A stretch of 60,170 nucleotides of DNA from Nanobdellota archaeon. GTDB lineage: Archaea > Nanobdellota > Nanobdellia > Pacearchaeales > GW2011-AR1. The stretch covers positions 1-60,170 of the forward strand of contig JAHIVP010000024.1 in NCBI GenBank assembly GCA_018816335.1, given 5' to 3'. The notes beneath the pieces are model-generated. The model was not told the origin of the DNA, ran no database searches, and saw only the letters and a program-made list of their open reading frames with translations. A program made the translations under genes and the position numbers. Positions 34,870 through 43,401 of this stretch are shown piece by piece. Position 1 is the stretch's first letter. The number at the start of each line of letters is the position of its first letter.

Positions 34870-35217
34870 ATGAATGAAGAGATTAAGAAAGATTTAGAGG
34901 AAAATGCTAAGGAGTATTATAAGAATGCTTTGGAAGCTGAGGTTAGAGGAGAATATAATACTTCTGTAACTTTATTTTTTAAAACTATTTCATCTTTGTG
35001 TGATTTATTCATTGTTGTTAAAAAAGGGATTATGCCTTCAAATCATTCAGAGAGATTTAGAATACTTGAAACTAATTTTTATGAGATTTATGTTTTGATG
35101 GATAAAGCTTTTCCTGTTTATCAGGAAAGTTATAAAATAAAATTAGAGAAATCTTCATCTGAAAAATTAAAAAATGATGCAAAAAAATTATTTGAATTAC
35201 TTGATATCAAAGTCTAG
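34870..35217 (+). CDS. HEPN-like helical protein (putative partner of the downstream nucleotidyltransferase)
   Basis: 115-aa all-helical pattern (..YYKNALEAEVRGEYNTSVTLFFKTISSLCDLF....SNHSERFRIL..). It overlaps a minimal-nucleotidyltransferase gene, as in HEPN/MNT pairs. Confidence 0.45.
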   Translation: MNEEIKKDLEENAKEYYKNALEAEVRGEYNTSVTLFFKTISSLCDLFIVVKKGIMPSNHSERFRILETNFYEIYVLMDKAFPVYQESYKIKLEKSSSEKLKNDAKKLFELLDIKV

Positions 35218-35749
35218 AAAGTTTGCTAAGAAGTATAAGATTTTTGATATTATTTTGTATGGGTCTGCTGTAAAAGGCAAATTAGAACCCAGAGACATAG
35301 ATATTCTTATAATCTTAGAAAATGAAGATTTGGATAAGAGAGATTTATCTTATGAATTCAAGAATATTTTAAAAGAGAAAATTAAAGAGGTGGATATTAA
35401 AACAATAAAGTTATCAGAATTTTTTGACTCTAAATTTCTTGCTAGACAGGGTGTTTTAATTGAGGGTTATAGTTTAGTAGATAAAGTTTCTTTATCTGGG
35501 AAATTTGGTTTTGATGGTTTTACTCTTTTTACATATGATTTAAAAAATTTAGATCATAATAAAAAAACTCAGTTTGTATATGCGCTTTTGGGAAGAAAGG
35601 GTCAAGGGTTAATAAAAAAATTGAATGCTGTTAAGTTAAGTAGGGGTGCTTTTTTGATTCCTATTGAAAATAGTAATATTTTTGAAGATTTTCTTGATAA
35701 TTGGAAGATAAATTATGTAAAAAAGAAAACGTTGGTATCAAAATTATAA
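35174..35749 (+). CDS. minimal nucleotidyltransferase (MNT) domain protein
   Basis: LYGSAVKGKLEPRDIDILI matches the GSx10-11(D/E)xD pol-beta-fold signature. Confidence 0.7.
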   Translation: MMQKNYLNYLISKSRKFAKKYKIFDIILYGSAVKGKLEPRDIDILIILENEDLDKRDLSYEFKNILKEKIKEVDIKTIKLSEFFDSKFLARQGVLIEGYSLVDKVSLSGKFGFDGFTLFTYDLKNLDHNKKTQFVYALLGRKGQGLIKKLNAVKLSRGAFLIPIENSNIFEDFLDNWKINYVKKKTLVSKL

Positions 35750-35925
35750 TGAACAAGAAATCAATTAAATATTTTGTTGAAAAAGAAAAAAAGAAAATTG
35801 GAGTAGAAGCTATAAAGAAGATTAATGTTTTAGTAGAGGATTATGTTGAGAAAATTGTAAAGAAAGCTTGTAGGAATGCTGATTTTGCAGGAAGGAAGAT
35901 TTTAAAAGAGGAAGATATAAAATGA
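35749..35925 (+). CDS. histone-fold protein (archaeal histone-like, 58 aa)
   Basis: MNKKSIKYFVEKEKKKIGVEAIKKINVLVEDYVEKIVKKACRNADFAGRKILKEEDIK. The C-terminal A..AGRK.I..EDI matches the HMf-type histone pattern. The start shares one nt with the MNT stop. Confidence 0.55.
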   Translation: MNKKSIKYFVEKEKKKIGVEAIKKINVLVEDYVEKIVKKACRNADFAGRKILKEEDIK

Positions 35926-36557
35926 GCTGGTATGAAGTTGAATCAAAATTAAAAGTCAAAGATGAAAAAGAGATGAGGAAGAAGATTAAGAGCATAGCTA
36001 GGTTTGTGAAGAAAGAGGTTAAGAGAGATACTTATTATGCAATTGTTAAGAATGGTTATCCTAAAAAGGCGTTTAGGATTAGGAAGGTTAAGGATGATTG
36101 GGTGATGAATTTTAAAGTTTGGAATAAAAAGTATTGGGATAAACATATTGTTGTTAAGGAAGAGTATGAAATTGAGTTAGGAGATAAGGAGTCTTTTTTG
36201 AAGTTTCTTGAAGATTTGAATTTTAGAAAATGGGTTGAGAAAGTTAAGCATTCAGAATCATATATTGTTAAATATGATTCTTCTCCTGCAAAATCAAAGA
36301 CTGCACCTTCGCGCAGATCAGGTAAAAATTTTGCAGGTTGTGAAAATTATAAGACTAAGAATGGAGTTAATATTGAATTGTCGAGGGTGGAGGGGTTGGG
36401 GTGGTTTATGGAGATTGAAGTTTTAGCTAAGGAGAAGGATATTTTGAATGCTAAGAAAAAGATTAGAAAAGTGTTTTTGGATTTAGAAATTAAGGGTTAT
36501 GATATGATTGATAATACTGGTTATACTAAGATGTTGTGGAAGAAAAGGAGAAAATGA
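35922..36557 (+). CDS. CYTH-domain protein (CyaB/thiamine-triphosphatase-like) with an in-frame PAL-K insertion
   Basis: N-terminal EVESKLK (ExExK) and C-terminal VEGLGWFMEIEV, also seen in the paralogue at 57033. An extra ~28 aa (..SSPAKSKTAPSRRSGKNFAGC..) is encoded by the palindrome 36286-36337. Confidence 0.7.
   Translation: MSWYEVESKLKVKDEKEMRKKIKSIARFVKKEVKRDTYYAIVKNGYPKKAFRIRKVKDDWVMNFKVWNKKYWDKHIVVKEEYEIELGDKESFLKFLEDLNFRKWVEKVKHSESYIVKYDSSPAKSKTAPSRRSGKNFAGCENYKTKNGVNIELSRVEGLGWFMEIEVLAKEKDILNAKKKIRKVFLDLEIKGYDMIDNTGYTKMLWKKRRK
36286..36337 (+). repeat. PAL-K palindrome inside the CYTH gene
   Basis: cctgcaaaat-caaaga-CTGCACCTTCGCGCAG-atcaggtaaaa-attttgcagg, with perfect 10-bp outer arms. 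Confidence 0.8.
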
Positions 36558-37603
36558 AAATACTTTACGGATTAGCAGGAGAGGGTTTTGGCCATAGTTC
36601 TAGGGCTAAGGCAATTATTCCTTATTTAGAGAAAAGAGGACATAAAGTTAAAGTTGTAACTTATGGGCAAGCAGTTGATGTTTTGAAAAAAGAAAAATAT
36701 GATGTGTTTGAGATCAAGGGATGTGAGTTTGTTTTTGAAAAAGGGAGATTGAAGAAGTCTAAGACTTTGTATAAGAGTTGGAATAATTTCTTTGATAATA
36801 TTAAGAAGAGTAAAGAAATTTATGATTTGATGTTAGAGGATTTTGATTTATTGATTTCAGATATGGAGCCTTTAGTTTCTATTTTGTCTAATTGGTATAG
36901 GTTGCCTTTGTTAAGTTTAGATAATCAGCATAGGTTGACTAATTTGGATTTGAATGTTCCTGAAGAATATAAAATAGATTTTGAGATGGCTAGATTTGTT
37001 GTTAATTTATTTTGTAGGTCTGCTGATTGGTATATAATTGTTAATTTTGCTAATTCTAAAGTTAATAAGAAATGGAAAGAGATAACTTTTCAGGTTCCTC
37101 CAATTATTAGGCCAGATGTTAGAAAGTTGAAACCTAAAAAGAAGGATTATGTTCTTGTTTATTTAAGTAAGAAAGATAGGAAGATTGTTAATTTGTTGAA
37201 GAAGATTGATGATAATTTTGTTGTTTATGGGATGGATAAAGAAGGGAAGGAAGGGAATATTGTTTATCATAAAAAAGGGTTTGGATTTGTTAATGATTTG
37301 AAAGATTGTAAGGCGATTGTTGCTTCTGCTGGATTTAGTTTGATTGCAGAGGCGTTGTATTTGAATAAGCCGTATTTTGCTTTGCCATTGAAAGGACAGT
37401 TTGAGCAGATGTTGAATGCTATTGAGTTAAGGGGGGCGGGGTTTGGAGATTATAGTGTTGGTTTGAAAAACAGAGAAGTTGAAGATTTTTTATCTGATTT
37501 AAAGAAATATGAAATTAAGTTGAAGAAGTATAAACCTGATTATGATTTGTTATTTAAGAAACTTGATGTTGTTATTAGGAAGGTTAAGAATAATAAAAGT
37601 TAA
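36554..37603 (+). CDS. GT-B fold glycosyltransferase (MurG/UDP-glycosyltransferase-like)
   Basis: MKILYGLAGEGFGHSSRAKAI.. is a N-terminal Gly-rich loop. C-terminal motifs ..ASAGFSLIAEALYLNKP...P...QFEQ..NA. ATGA overlap with the CYTH gene. Confidence 0.65.
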   Translation: MKILYGLAGEGFGHSSRAKAIIPYLEKRGHKVKVVTYGQAVDVLKKEKYDVFEIKGCEFVFEKGRLKKSKTLYKSWNNFFDNIKKSKEIYDLMLEDFDLLISDMEPLVSILSNWYRLPLLSLDNQHRLTNLDLNVPEEYKIDFEMARFVVNLFCRSADWYIIVNFANSKVNKKWKEITFQVPPIIRPDVRKLKPKKKDYVLVYLSKKDRKIVNLLKKIDDNFVVYGMDKEGKEGNIVYHKKGFGFVNDLKDCKAIVASAGFSLIAEALYLNKPYFALPLKGQFEQMLNAIELRGAGFGDYSVGLKNREVEDFLSDLKKYEIKLKKYKPDYDLLFKKLDVVIRKVKNNKS

Positions 37604-37609
37604 ATAGTT

Positions 37610-37939
37610 ATGTTATATGGTTATATCATGATTGATAGAACAGAAGGGATTAATTGTGAAGATACTATGTCTACTGGGGGTTTTGGTGGTGGAGGGGTGT
37701 TTTGGGAGGCACTTAATGATTTAGGGAGACAGGGAAGGGTGGTGGTTTGCGGTAGGAATGTTTCTAGGGTTGCTTATGAGCAGGATAAAGGGGTTTATGA
37801 TGGGATGCAAAGAAAATATGAAGAAGCAGTGAGAAAGATGGTAGAAGCAAGCAAAGCAGCAGCAGGTGCGAGGGTGATACCTACTTCTTTATGTAGGAGG
37901 AGTGGGACAGAATATGCAAGACAAGTGGCAAGATGCTAG
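37610..37939 (+). CDS. Lys-poor orphan protein K (up to 109 aa; start uncertain)
   Basis: ORF with a very G-rich, C-poor coding strand (e.g. 27 G and 3 C in 37681-37740, counted by hand). Alternative ATGs at 37628 and 37667. Confidence 0.5.
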   Translation: MLYGYIMIDRTEGINCEDTMSTGGFGGGGVFWEALNDLGRQGRVVVCGRNVSRVAYEQDKGVYDGMQRKYEEAVRKMVEASKAAAGARVIPTSLCRRSGTEYARQVARC

Positions 37940-38054
37940 AAGATTGGCAGGATTGAATCATAGTGATGAGATGTATGAGAGAAATAGAGCTGGTTCTGTT
38001 TAATCTTATTTATAGTAGATAAAAATTTATATAGTTTGATAATTATTGATTATT

Positions 38055-38336
38055 ATGGGAAAATTATCTACACTGGGATTTGTTCCAGCTATTTTGAAAG
38101 GAGTTGGGAGATTTAATACTCTTGAAATTTCTGGTGACAGAAGAGGTGTGGCTCCTTTAAGTCGTGGTAATTTTTGTCAAAGTACATCTGTTCCTGCTCT
38201 TGGAAGGAGATTGTTTGCTAGGGTTGAGGCTGCACGAAGAGCAGTAATAGTTTATGATGTTTCTATTATTGGGATTGTTGAGAGAGTTTTTAGTGAAGGT
38301 GGAGAATATTCTAGGAAGTTTTTTGATTATAATTAA
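38055..38336 (+). CDS. Lys-poor orphan protein L (93 aa)
   Basis: The first ATG is at 38055 (the tracked start 38046 is TTG). TATA-like aaaaatttatatagtt lies ~20-33 nt upstream. Confidence 0.5.
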   Translation: MGKLSTLGFVPAILKGVGRFNTLEISGDRRGVAPLSRGNFCQSTSVPALGRRLFARVEAARRAVIVYDVSIIGIVERVFSEGGEYSRKFFDYN

Positions 38337-38348
38337 ATTTATATATTT
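38335..38348 (+). promoter_or_regulatory. TATA-box-like element upstream of the HIT gene
   Basis: aaatttatatattt lies 19-32 nt upstream of the ATG at 38367. Confidence 0.4.
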
Positions 38349-38366
38349 CTTTTATTCTGGAGTTAT

Positions 38367-38774
38367 ATGAAAGACTGCTTATTTTGTAAGATAATTAAGA
38401 AGGAAATTCCTAGTGAGATTATTTATGAAGATGAAGCAGTTGTGGTTTTTTTAGATATTAATCCTGTGAATAAAGGACATGCTCTTGTTGTGCCTAAGAA
38501 ACATTTTGAAACTTCACTTGATTTGCCTGATTCTATTTTATGTGATGTTATTCAGATTGCGAAGAGGGTTGCGATGAAACAAATGAAAGAGTTGAAGTGT
38601 GGAGGAGTGAATTATATTATGAATAATTTTAAAGCTGCTGGGCAGGAAGTTCCTCATGCTCACCTACATGTTATTCCTAGATTTGATGAAGATGATTTGG
38701 TTTTTTTGCAGGGGAATAAATCTGGATATGAAGATGATATTGGTGAGTTTAGAGAGAAGTTGAATATAGTTTAA
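38367..38774 (+). CDS. HIT-family (histidine triad) nucleotide hydrolase
   Basis: CLFCKII.., [12 protein letters not shown] and the histidine triad HAHLHVIPR. Confidence 0.85.
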   Translation: MKDCLFCKIIKKEIPSEIIYEDEAVVVFLDINPVNKGHALVVPKKHFETSLDLPDSILCDVIQIAKRVAMKQMKELKCGGVNYIMNNFKAAGQEVPHAHLHVIPRFDEDDLVFLQGNKSGYEDDIGEFREKLNIV

Positions 38775-38971
38775 ATCTTATTTTCTTTAACTAATTCAGC
38801 AAATTTTTTAAAACTTCTGTCATAGGTTTTTTCTATGTCATTTGAGAAGCAACATGCTGGGAGTTCTTTTCTAGAAAGATGATATGATAAACATCCACAA
38901 CATTTTCCTTTTTTATCACAAGGATATGTACAATTGCAGTTTGAGCTGTTTTCTTGTTTTTTGCATTCCAT
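38771..38971 (-). CDS. small cysteine-rich protein (66 aa)
   Basis: [42 protein letters not shown].. contains 9 Cys. The tracked ORF (to 39049) is an artefactual extension into tRNA-Met. Confidence 0.5.
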   Translation of the reverse strand: MECKKQENSSNCNCTYPCDKKGKCCGCLSYHLSRKELPACCFSNDIEKTYDRSFKKFAELVKENKI

Positions 38972-38991
38972 TTTATTTTTGTGAATAGAAG

Positions 38992-39063
38992 TGGCTGCGG
39001 TGGGAGTTGAACCCACGACCTCTTGCTCATGAGACAAGCGTTCTGCCACTGAACTACGCAGCC
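38992..39063 (-). tRNA. tRNA with anticodon CAT (elongator Met, or Ile2 after modification)
   Basis: Reverse complement ggctgcgtagttcagtggcagaacgcttgtctcatgagcaagaggtcgtgggttcaactcccaccgcagcca. Anticodon loop CTCATGA. The acceptor stem is not of the archaeal initiator type. Confidence 0.8.
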
Positions 39064-39140
39064 ATGAAATTAGGTAGATTATTGTGTTTAAAAGTTTAAT
39101 GATTCATAAGATATAAAAACAAAGAATTCTATAGGAAGTT

Positions 39141-39374
39141 ATGGTAGGTGTAGAAGAGTTGCCAGCAAATATAACTAATTATATTCCTGAATCTGTTTTG
39201 CATAATATTGATTTTTTGATAACTATGCTCCAGGCTTTAGGAATTATTATTCTTGCTTATTTAGTTTTTAATGTTATTAGTTTGATTATGCAGAGAAAGA
39301 GATTGAAGGAATTGAAAGAGATAAACCAACGGCTAATTAGAATTGAGAAAAAATTAAAAATCTCAAAAAATTAA
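39141..39374 (+). CDS. small single-pass membrane protein
   Basis: One hydrophobic helix (LITMLQALGIIILAYLVFNVISLIM) followed by a basic coiled tail. Confidence 0.45.
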   Translation: MVGVEELPANITNYIPESVLHNIDFLITMLQALGIIILAYLVFNVISLIMQRKRLKELKEINQRLIRIEKKLKISKN

Positions 39375-39382
39375 ATAATAAA

Positions 39383-39547
39383 TTATCCTGTGCGTATTGT
39401 TGAAGGCCTATAGTTTCCTGGAAGTGCTTCTCTTATCATTCTTGCTCCTTCATCTGCTAATATATATTTACGCACATGGTTCTTCCAAGCATCTGTAGCA
39501 CTAACATATCTTCCGTTTCCTTCTTCTTGTCTTTGTTCTTCTGCCAT
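39383..39547 (-). CDS. small Lys-poor orphan protein (54 aa, below the ORF-track cutoff)
   Basis: Hand translation gives MAEEQRQEEGNGRYVSATDAWKNHVRKYILADEGARMIREALPGNYRPSTIRTG*. This is the only member of the Lys-poor class seen on the - strand. Confidence 0.35.
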   Translation of the reverse strand: MAEEQRQEEGNGRYVSATDAWKNHVRKYILADEGARMIREALPGNYRPSTIRTG

Positions 39548-39773
39548 TTTGTTTTATCTCCTATGATTTAATTAAGATTTCACAGAATTGTCAATAGACC
39601 TTTAGATTTTTGTGAATTAAGTTAAATTGTTAGAATCAAAAGGTCATCAGCAGATTACTGTGAGACCTTTGAATTCGCAACTACGTATTTTGCATTAGAT
39701 GCATTAATAATAGTTGCTATTTTCATGTTTTATCTAAGAGTATGTTTTATTTAAGTCTTTCTAAAAATAAAAT

Positions 39774-40091
39774 TTATTTTTTCTGAAGTGCTATTGCTAT
39801 TGTTGAGACATTTATTCTTTTTCCTTCTTTGTTTTCAAAATCTTCAGAATCGATTTTGATATCTCTTACTGAAACATTGTGTTCTTTTAGGAATCTTTTT
39901 GTTGCTACTTCTGATACGTCAACAGCTCTAGAAATAAATTTTCCTCTTGCTTTTATGAAAACTTCTTTGTATCCTTTTGTTGTAAATTGCATCACAACTC
40001 CTGTAACATAGTTCATGAAAGGTTTGTTTCCAATAAACACAGAGTTTTCATTTTTGTCAATCTCTTTTGTATTTTCTGTCATCTTTGTCAC
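39774..40091 (-). CDS. albA: Alba (Sac10b) DNA/RNA-binding protein
   Basis: ..NSVFIGNKPFMNYVTGVVMQF...EVFIKARGKFISRAVDVSEV...V....I shows the Alba fold pattern. Confidence 0.85.
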   Translation of the reverse strand: MTKMTENTKEIDKNENSVFIGNKPFMNYVTGVVMQFTTKGYKEVFIKARGKFISRAVDVSEVATKRFLKEHNVSVRDIKIDSEDFENKEGKRINVSTIAIALQKK

Positions 40092-40116
40092 CGTTTGTTT
40101 AACTTGTTGTTAATAA

Positions 40117-40311
40117 CTATTTATCTTTTTCCTTTTCTTCTACTAATTTTAGCCTTGCTAAATATCCTGCAATTTTGTTTCTTATTTTCTTAGAAGGCAT
40201 GCTATTACCTAAGAGTTTCTTATTGTGATCAAATGTCCCATCAAATTTGTTTTCTAATTTGAGTAAGTTTTTTGATGTTCTTTTAACTAGTGTTGGTTTT
40301 ATTCTTCCCAT
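40117..40311 (-). CDS. rps17e: ribosomal protein S17e
   Basis: MGRIKPTLVKRTSKNLL...F..NKK.L......SKKIRNKIAGY matches eS17. Confidence 0.85.
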   Translation of the reverse strand: MGRIKPTLVKRTSKNLLKLENKFDGTFDHNKKLLGNSMPSKKIRNKIAGYLARLKLVEEKEKDK

Positions 40312-40351
40312 GTTATTAATGTTGTTTTAGGGTATTTAAGGTTTATTGTGT

Positions 40352-40410
40352 TAATTTTTTAATCCTATATAAAACCCTCCCTCCCTCCCTTTTTTAGGAT
40401 TAAAAAATTA
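40352..40410 (+). repeat. PAL-C palindrome
   Basis: taattttttaatcctatataaaa-CCCTCCCTCCCTCCC-ttttttaggattaaaaaatta, with 15-bp arms, upstream of the S17e start. Confidence 0.85.
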
Positions 40411-40427
40411 TTTTATCTTCTTGTTAC

Positions 40428-41459
40428 CTATATCTTCTTGAATTTTAATAAATTTTTCCATTCACTTAAAAACAACCCTGCTTTTTTAACAACTTCTCCA
40501 GGAGAGATAAATAAAACTGGAAGTTTTTCTGATGTTGATTTTTGCATTGCTACAGCAAAATCGTTTTCTGTTATTTTCTTTTTATCCTTTGCTATTATGA
40601 GGTATTCAATTTTTCCAATATCTGAGTTTATTCTTATTTTACCTTGATATTCTCTTTTTTTTGAAATTGTTTCTTCTAATAATTCTAAATCTTCTTTTTG
40701 TAATAGTTCAATTATGTCTTTAACAAAATTCTTTTCTTGTATTTTTGGAGTTGGTGGTTTTTCTGGTTCTTTTTCTTCTGTAACTTTTTCTTCTGGAGTA
40801 GATTCAATTTTTGGTTTTTCAGGAATTATTTGTTGTAGAGGTTTTTCAAATTGAGGTTTTTGTCTTGGAATTTCTTGTATTATACTTTGTTTTTCTTCTG
40901 GTTTTTTTTCTTGTATTATTTCTTTTTGTGGTTCAGTAGGAGATTCTGAAGGTGTTTGGGATGGTGTTAGTATGGTTGTTGAGGAGGGAGTAGGTTTCTT
41001 TTCTTCTGTGTTGATTCTTTCTTTAGCTTTTTCTATTATTTCTTTAGCTTTGTTTTCATCAATTGAATATATTCTCCAGTATAATTTTCCCTTGTGTTCT
41101 AATGAATAAGCAAAATCTTTTATGTTTCTTAGAGCAACTCTTATTGGAGGAATTTGAGATTCATCATTTAAAACTTGTTTTTCTTTGAGTTTTTGAAAAG
41201 CTTCTTGTTCTTTTTCTTCTAAATGTTTTGTAAAATTTTCTAATTGTGATTTATGATGGGGAATATAGTATAAAGGTGAACCTCCAACTTTTAGATTTGA
41301 TATTGTAATTTGTTTATCTCCTAAAAGTTCTGATAAAAAAGCTGATGAGAATAACATTGATAGTCCTGTCTCATTTGCAACATGAACTGGAAGGCATGGA
41401 CCTCTAGTTTTGAGAATTTCTAGAATTTTTCCTTTTTTGTCTTGGAATTTGTTTTCCAT
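40428..41459 (-). CDS. hypothetical protein with an N-terminal winged-helix-like domain and a Pro/Glu/Lys-rich linker
   Basis: The N-terminus ..ILEILKTRGPCLPVHVANETGLSMLFSSAFLSELLGDK.. looks wHTH-like. The central region is low-complexity PTPSSTT..EKKPEEK. No confident family. Confidence 0.4.
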   Translation of the reverse strand: MENKFQDKKGKILEILKTRGPCLPVHVANETGLSMLFSSAFLSELLGDKQITISNLKVGGSPLYYIPHHKSQLENFTKHLEEKEQEAFQKLKEKQVLNDESQIPPIRVALRNIKDFAYSLEHKGKLYWRIYSIDENKAKEIIEKAKERINTEEKKPTPSSTTILTPSQTPSESPTEPQKEIIQEKKPEEKQSIIQEIPRQKPQFEKPLQQIIPEKPKIESTPEEKVTEEKEPEKPPTPKIQEKNFVKDIIELLQKEDLELLEETISKKREYQGKIRINSDIGKIEYLIIAKDKKKITENDFAVAMQKSTSEKLPVLFISPGEVVKKAGLFLSEWKNLLKFKKI

Positions 41460-41470
41460 TTTTTATTTTG

Positions 41471-41524
41471 AATTTTTATCTCATATAAAACCCTCCCACC
41501 CTCCCTTTTAATGAGATAAAAATT
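41471..41524 (+). repeat. PAL-C palindrome
   Basis: aatttttatctcatataaaa-CCCTCCCACCCTCCC-ttttaatgagataaaaatt. Confidence 0.85.
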
Positions 41525-41610
41525 AATTCAATTTATTATTAACAGATAAATGGTGGTGGAGGTTATAAAGATTATTGGGGTGGAGTACTTCTTAATTTAT
41601 ACCAGGTAAT

Positions 41611-41674
41611 AACCCAACTCCCAACCACGCTCGTTGGTCGATTTTCATCGCCTCGCGTAATTGCTCGCCCTCCC
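41611..41674 (-). repeat. GC-rich element GCE-3 (short form)
   Basis: The + strand reads aacccaactcccaaccacgctcgttggtcgattttcatcgcctcgcgtaattgctcgccctccc, which aligns with GCE-1. Confidence 0.75.
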
Positions 41675-41732
41675 ATTCTTATTATGGGATAAATTAAGTA
41701 AACTTTTTAAATCTGAGATGATAGTTTATATT

Positions 41733-41936
41733 ATGATAATACCAGAATATGTTAGGGCTGATGAAATATTAGATAGTCCTCAGAGAACTGATATAGCTTC
41801 GAGAGTTAAAGAACAAATGAGAAGAGACGGGACAATGAAGAGACTTGATGAGTATATACATCGAGAGATGAAAGATTTCTGTGATTTAATGCATCAACCT
41901 GTTTGTGGATGTGATAGTTGCAGTAGGATGAGTTAA
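41733..41936 (+). CDS. Lys-poor orphan protein Q (67 aa)
   Basis: The first ATG is at 41733 (the tracked start 41661 is a TTG inside GCE-3): MIIPEYVRADEILDSPQRTDIASRVKEQMRRDG...CGCDSCSRMS. The stop overlaps the endA stop. Confidence 0.4.
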   Translation: MIIPEYVRADEILDSPQRTDIASRVKEQMRRDGTMKRLDEYIHREMKDFCDLMHQPVCGCDSCSRMS

Positions 41937-42493
41937 GGTTTAGTCCACTTAACTTCATAATAAGTAACATCTCCTTCGTCGTCAACAATAGCGATTAATA
42001 GGTTCTTTTTTGTTGAGTGTGCAACTCTGTTTTTTCCTGAGAATTCGTGCCATGTTAGAGGATCTGATTCGTGAACTGGATAAAGAATCCACTTTGCGTG
42101 ATCTTGTCCTGGTTTAACACCTTTTTCATAAACTCTAAACTCTGCTCCAAATTTTAAAGCTGTTTTTACTAAATATCCTCTTTGTCTCATATCTTTGAAT
42201 ACAATATAATTTGTATTAATTTTTTTATCTATATCTTCTATTTTTTCTTTGAATTTTCTTGCTGAGATTTTCTTTGATTTTTCTTTTATTTCCATTTTCT
42301 TTTTCTCTATTAAATATAGTGCTTCAACTAAAGAGTATTGTATTTTTTCATCTACTGGTTCTCCGAATCTTGATTTTGCATAGAGATTTTTTGCTTCTGT
42401 TGAATTTGAAGTTGCGTTTTTGCCAGAGAAAACTGCGTTTATAATTTTTGATTCTGTTTTTGATTTCTTAGTTGTTTTCTTTTTCATTACCAT
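41933..42493 (-). CDS. endA: tRNA-splicing endonuclease
   Basis: The C-terminal catalytic domain ..ALKFGAEFRVYEKG......HAKWILYPV......VAHSTKK.LLIAIVD carries the Y/H/K triad pattern. Confidence 0.85.
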   Translation of the reverse strand: MVMKKKTTKKSKTESKIINAVFSGKNATSNSTEAKNLYAKSRFGEPVDEKIQYSLVEALYLIEKKKMEIKEKSKKISARKFKEKIEDIDKKINTNYIVFKDMRQRGYLVKTALKFGAEFRVYEKGVKPGQDHAKWILYPVHESDPLTWHEFSGKNRVAHSTKKNLLIAIVDDEGDVTYYEVKWTKP

Positions 42494-42545
42494 AAGTATC
42501 TATAGGAAAATATATATTTAAATATAATGATTTTTTTGTTTAGGC

Positions 42546-43364
42546 ATGAAAAAGAAAGAGAGTTTGTTTAGTTTGTTTGTAGGTGTTGATAAGAGATTTT
42601 TTCTTAGTTTGATTATTGGATTGATTAGTTTTGTTTTTTCTTTGTATGTTATTTATGTTTTTGTTATGAAAGTTTTATCTAAGACTTTGATTTATATTTC
42701 TGATTTAGGAGGGTTGTCTCATATTGTTTTAAATGAAGAAGTAAGTAAGATGTTGCTTTATTTTATTACAATAACTACTTCGAATGCTTTTCTATTAGGA
42801 GGTTTGTTAGTTTTTGTTGTTGGAAAGTTTTTTACTTCTTTAATCTGGAAAAAAGTTGCTAAAAAAGAATTTTCAATAAGTTATTATATTAAGTTTTCAG
42901 TTTTCAGCTTTATATTTATGTTGATATTTTCTGTTTTTATTTATTTAGGGTTGTATATTTTTCTTTCTGGGATTTATTTATTATTATTTTTAATTCTAAT
43001 AATAATCTTAGTTTTATTGAACTGTTATTATGTTGGATTATATTTTTTAGTTGAGAAGGATAATTTTGCTATAGCTATCAAAGAAGGATTTAGAAATGGA
43101 ATTAAATTAAATAAATATTGGAAATTGTTTGTTGTTTTTGTTTTTTTTGGAATTGTTTATTTTTTAATTGGAACTTTATTATATAAACATTATATTGGAT
43201 CTGGATTTGGAGGATTAGGTCAAGCTGATTTAAGGGCATTGTTAGTTTTAATTGTTAAAGGATTTATTCCTTTTTTAATTTGGATGTTAGGAATTTTGGT
43301 TGTTATTTTTTCTTATACTAGGGTGTTGTACTACGAAGCTCTTTCTAAAATGAGATTTTTGTAA
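42546..43364 (+). CDS. multi-pass membrane protein (unknown function)
   Basis: About six long hydrophobic segments. No family recognised. Confidence 0.5.
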   Translation: MKKKESLFSLFVGVDKRFFLSLIIGLISFVFSLYVIYVFVMKVLSKTLIYISDLGGLSHIVLNEEVSKMLLYFITITTSNAFLLGGLLVFVVGKFFTSLIWKKVAKKEFSISYYIKFSVFSFIFMLIFSVFIYLGLYIFLSGIYLLLFLILIIILVLLNCYYVGLYFLVEKDNFAIAIKEGFRNGIKLNKYWKLFVVFVFFGIVYFLIGTLLYKHYIGSGFGGLGQADLRALLVLIVKGFIPFLIWMLGILVVIFSYTRVLYYEALSKMRFL

Positions 43365-43401
43365 TCGGTGATTTTAAAAATATCTCTTATTTAATATAAA
43401 G

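Noticed and set aside
37880-38000. Possible frameshifted continuation of orphan K past its TAG (alternative frame ..NMQDKWQDARRLAGLNHSDEMYERNRAGSV*)
   Set aside because: The alternative frame is only ~35 codons, has no slippery sequence that I could identify, and has no supporting homology.
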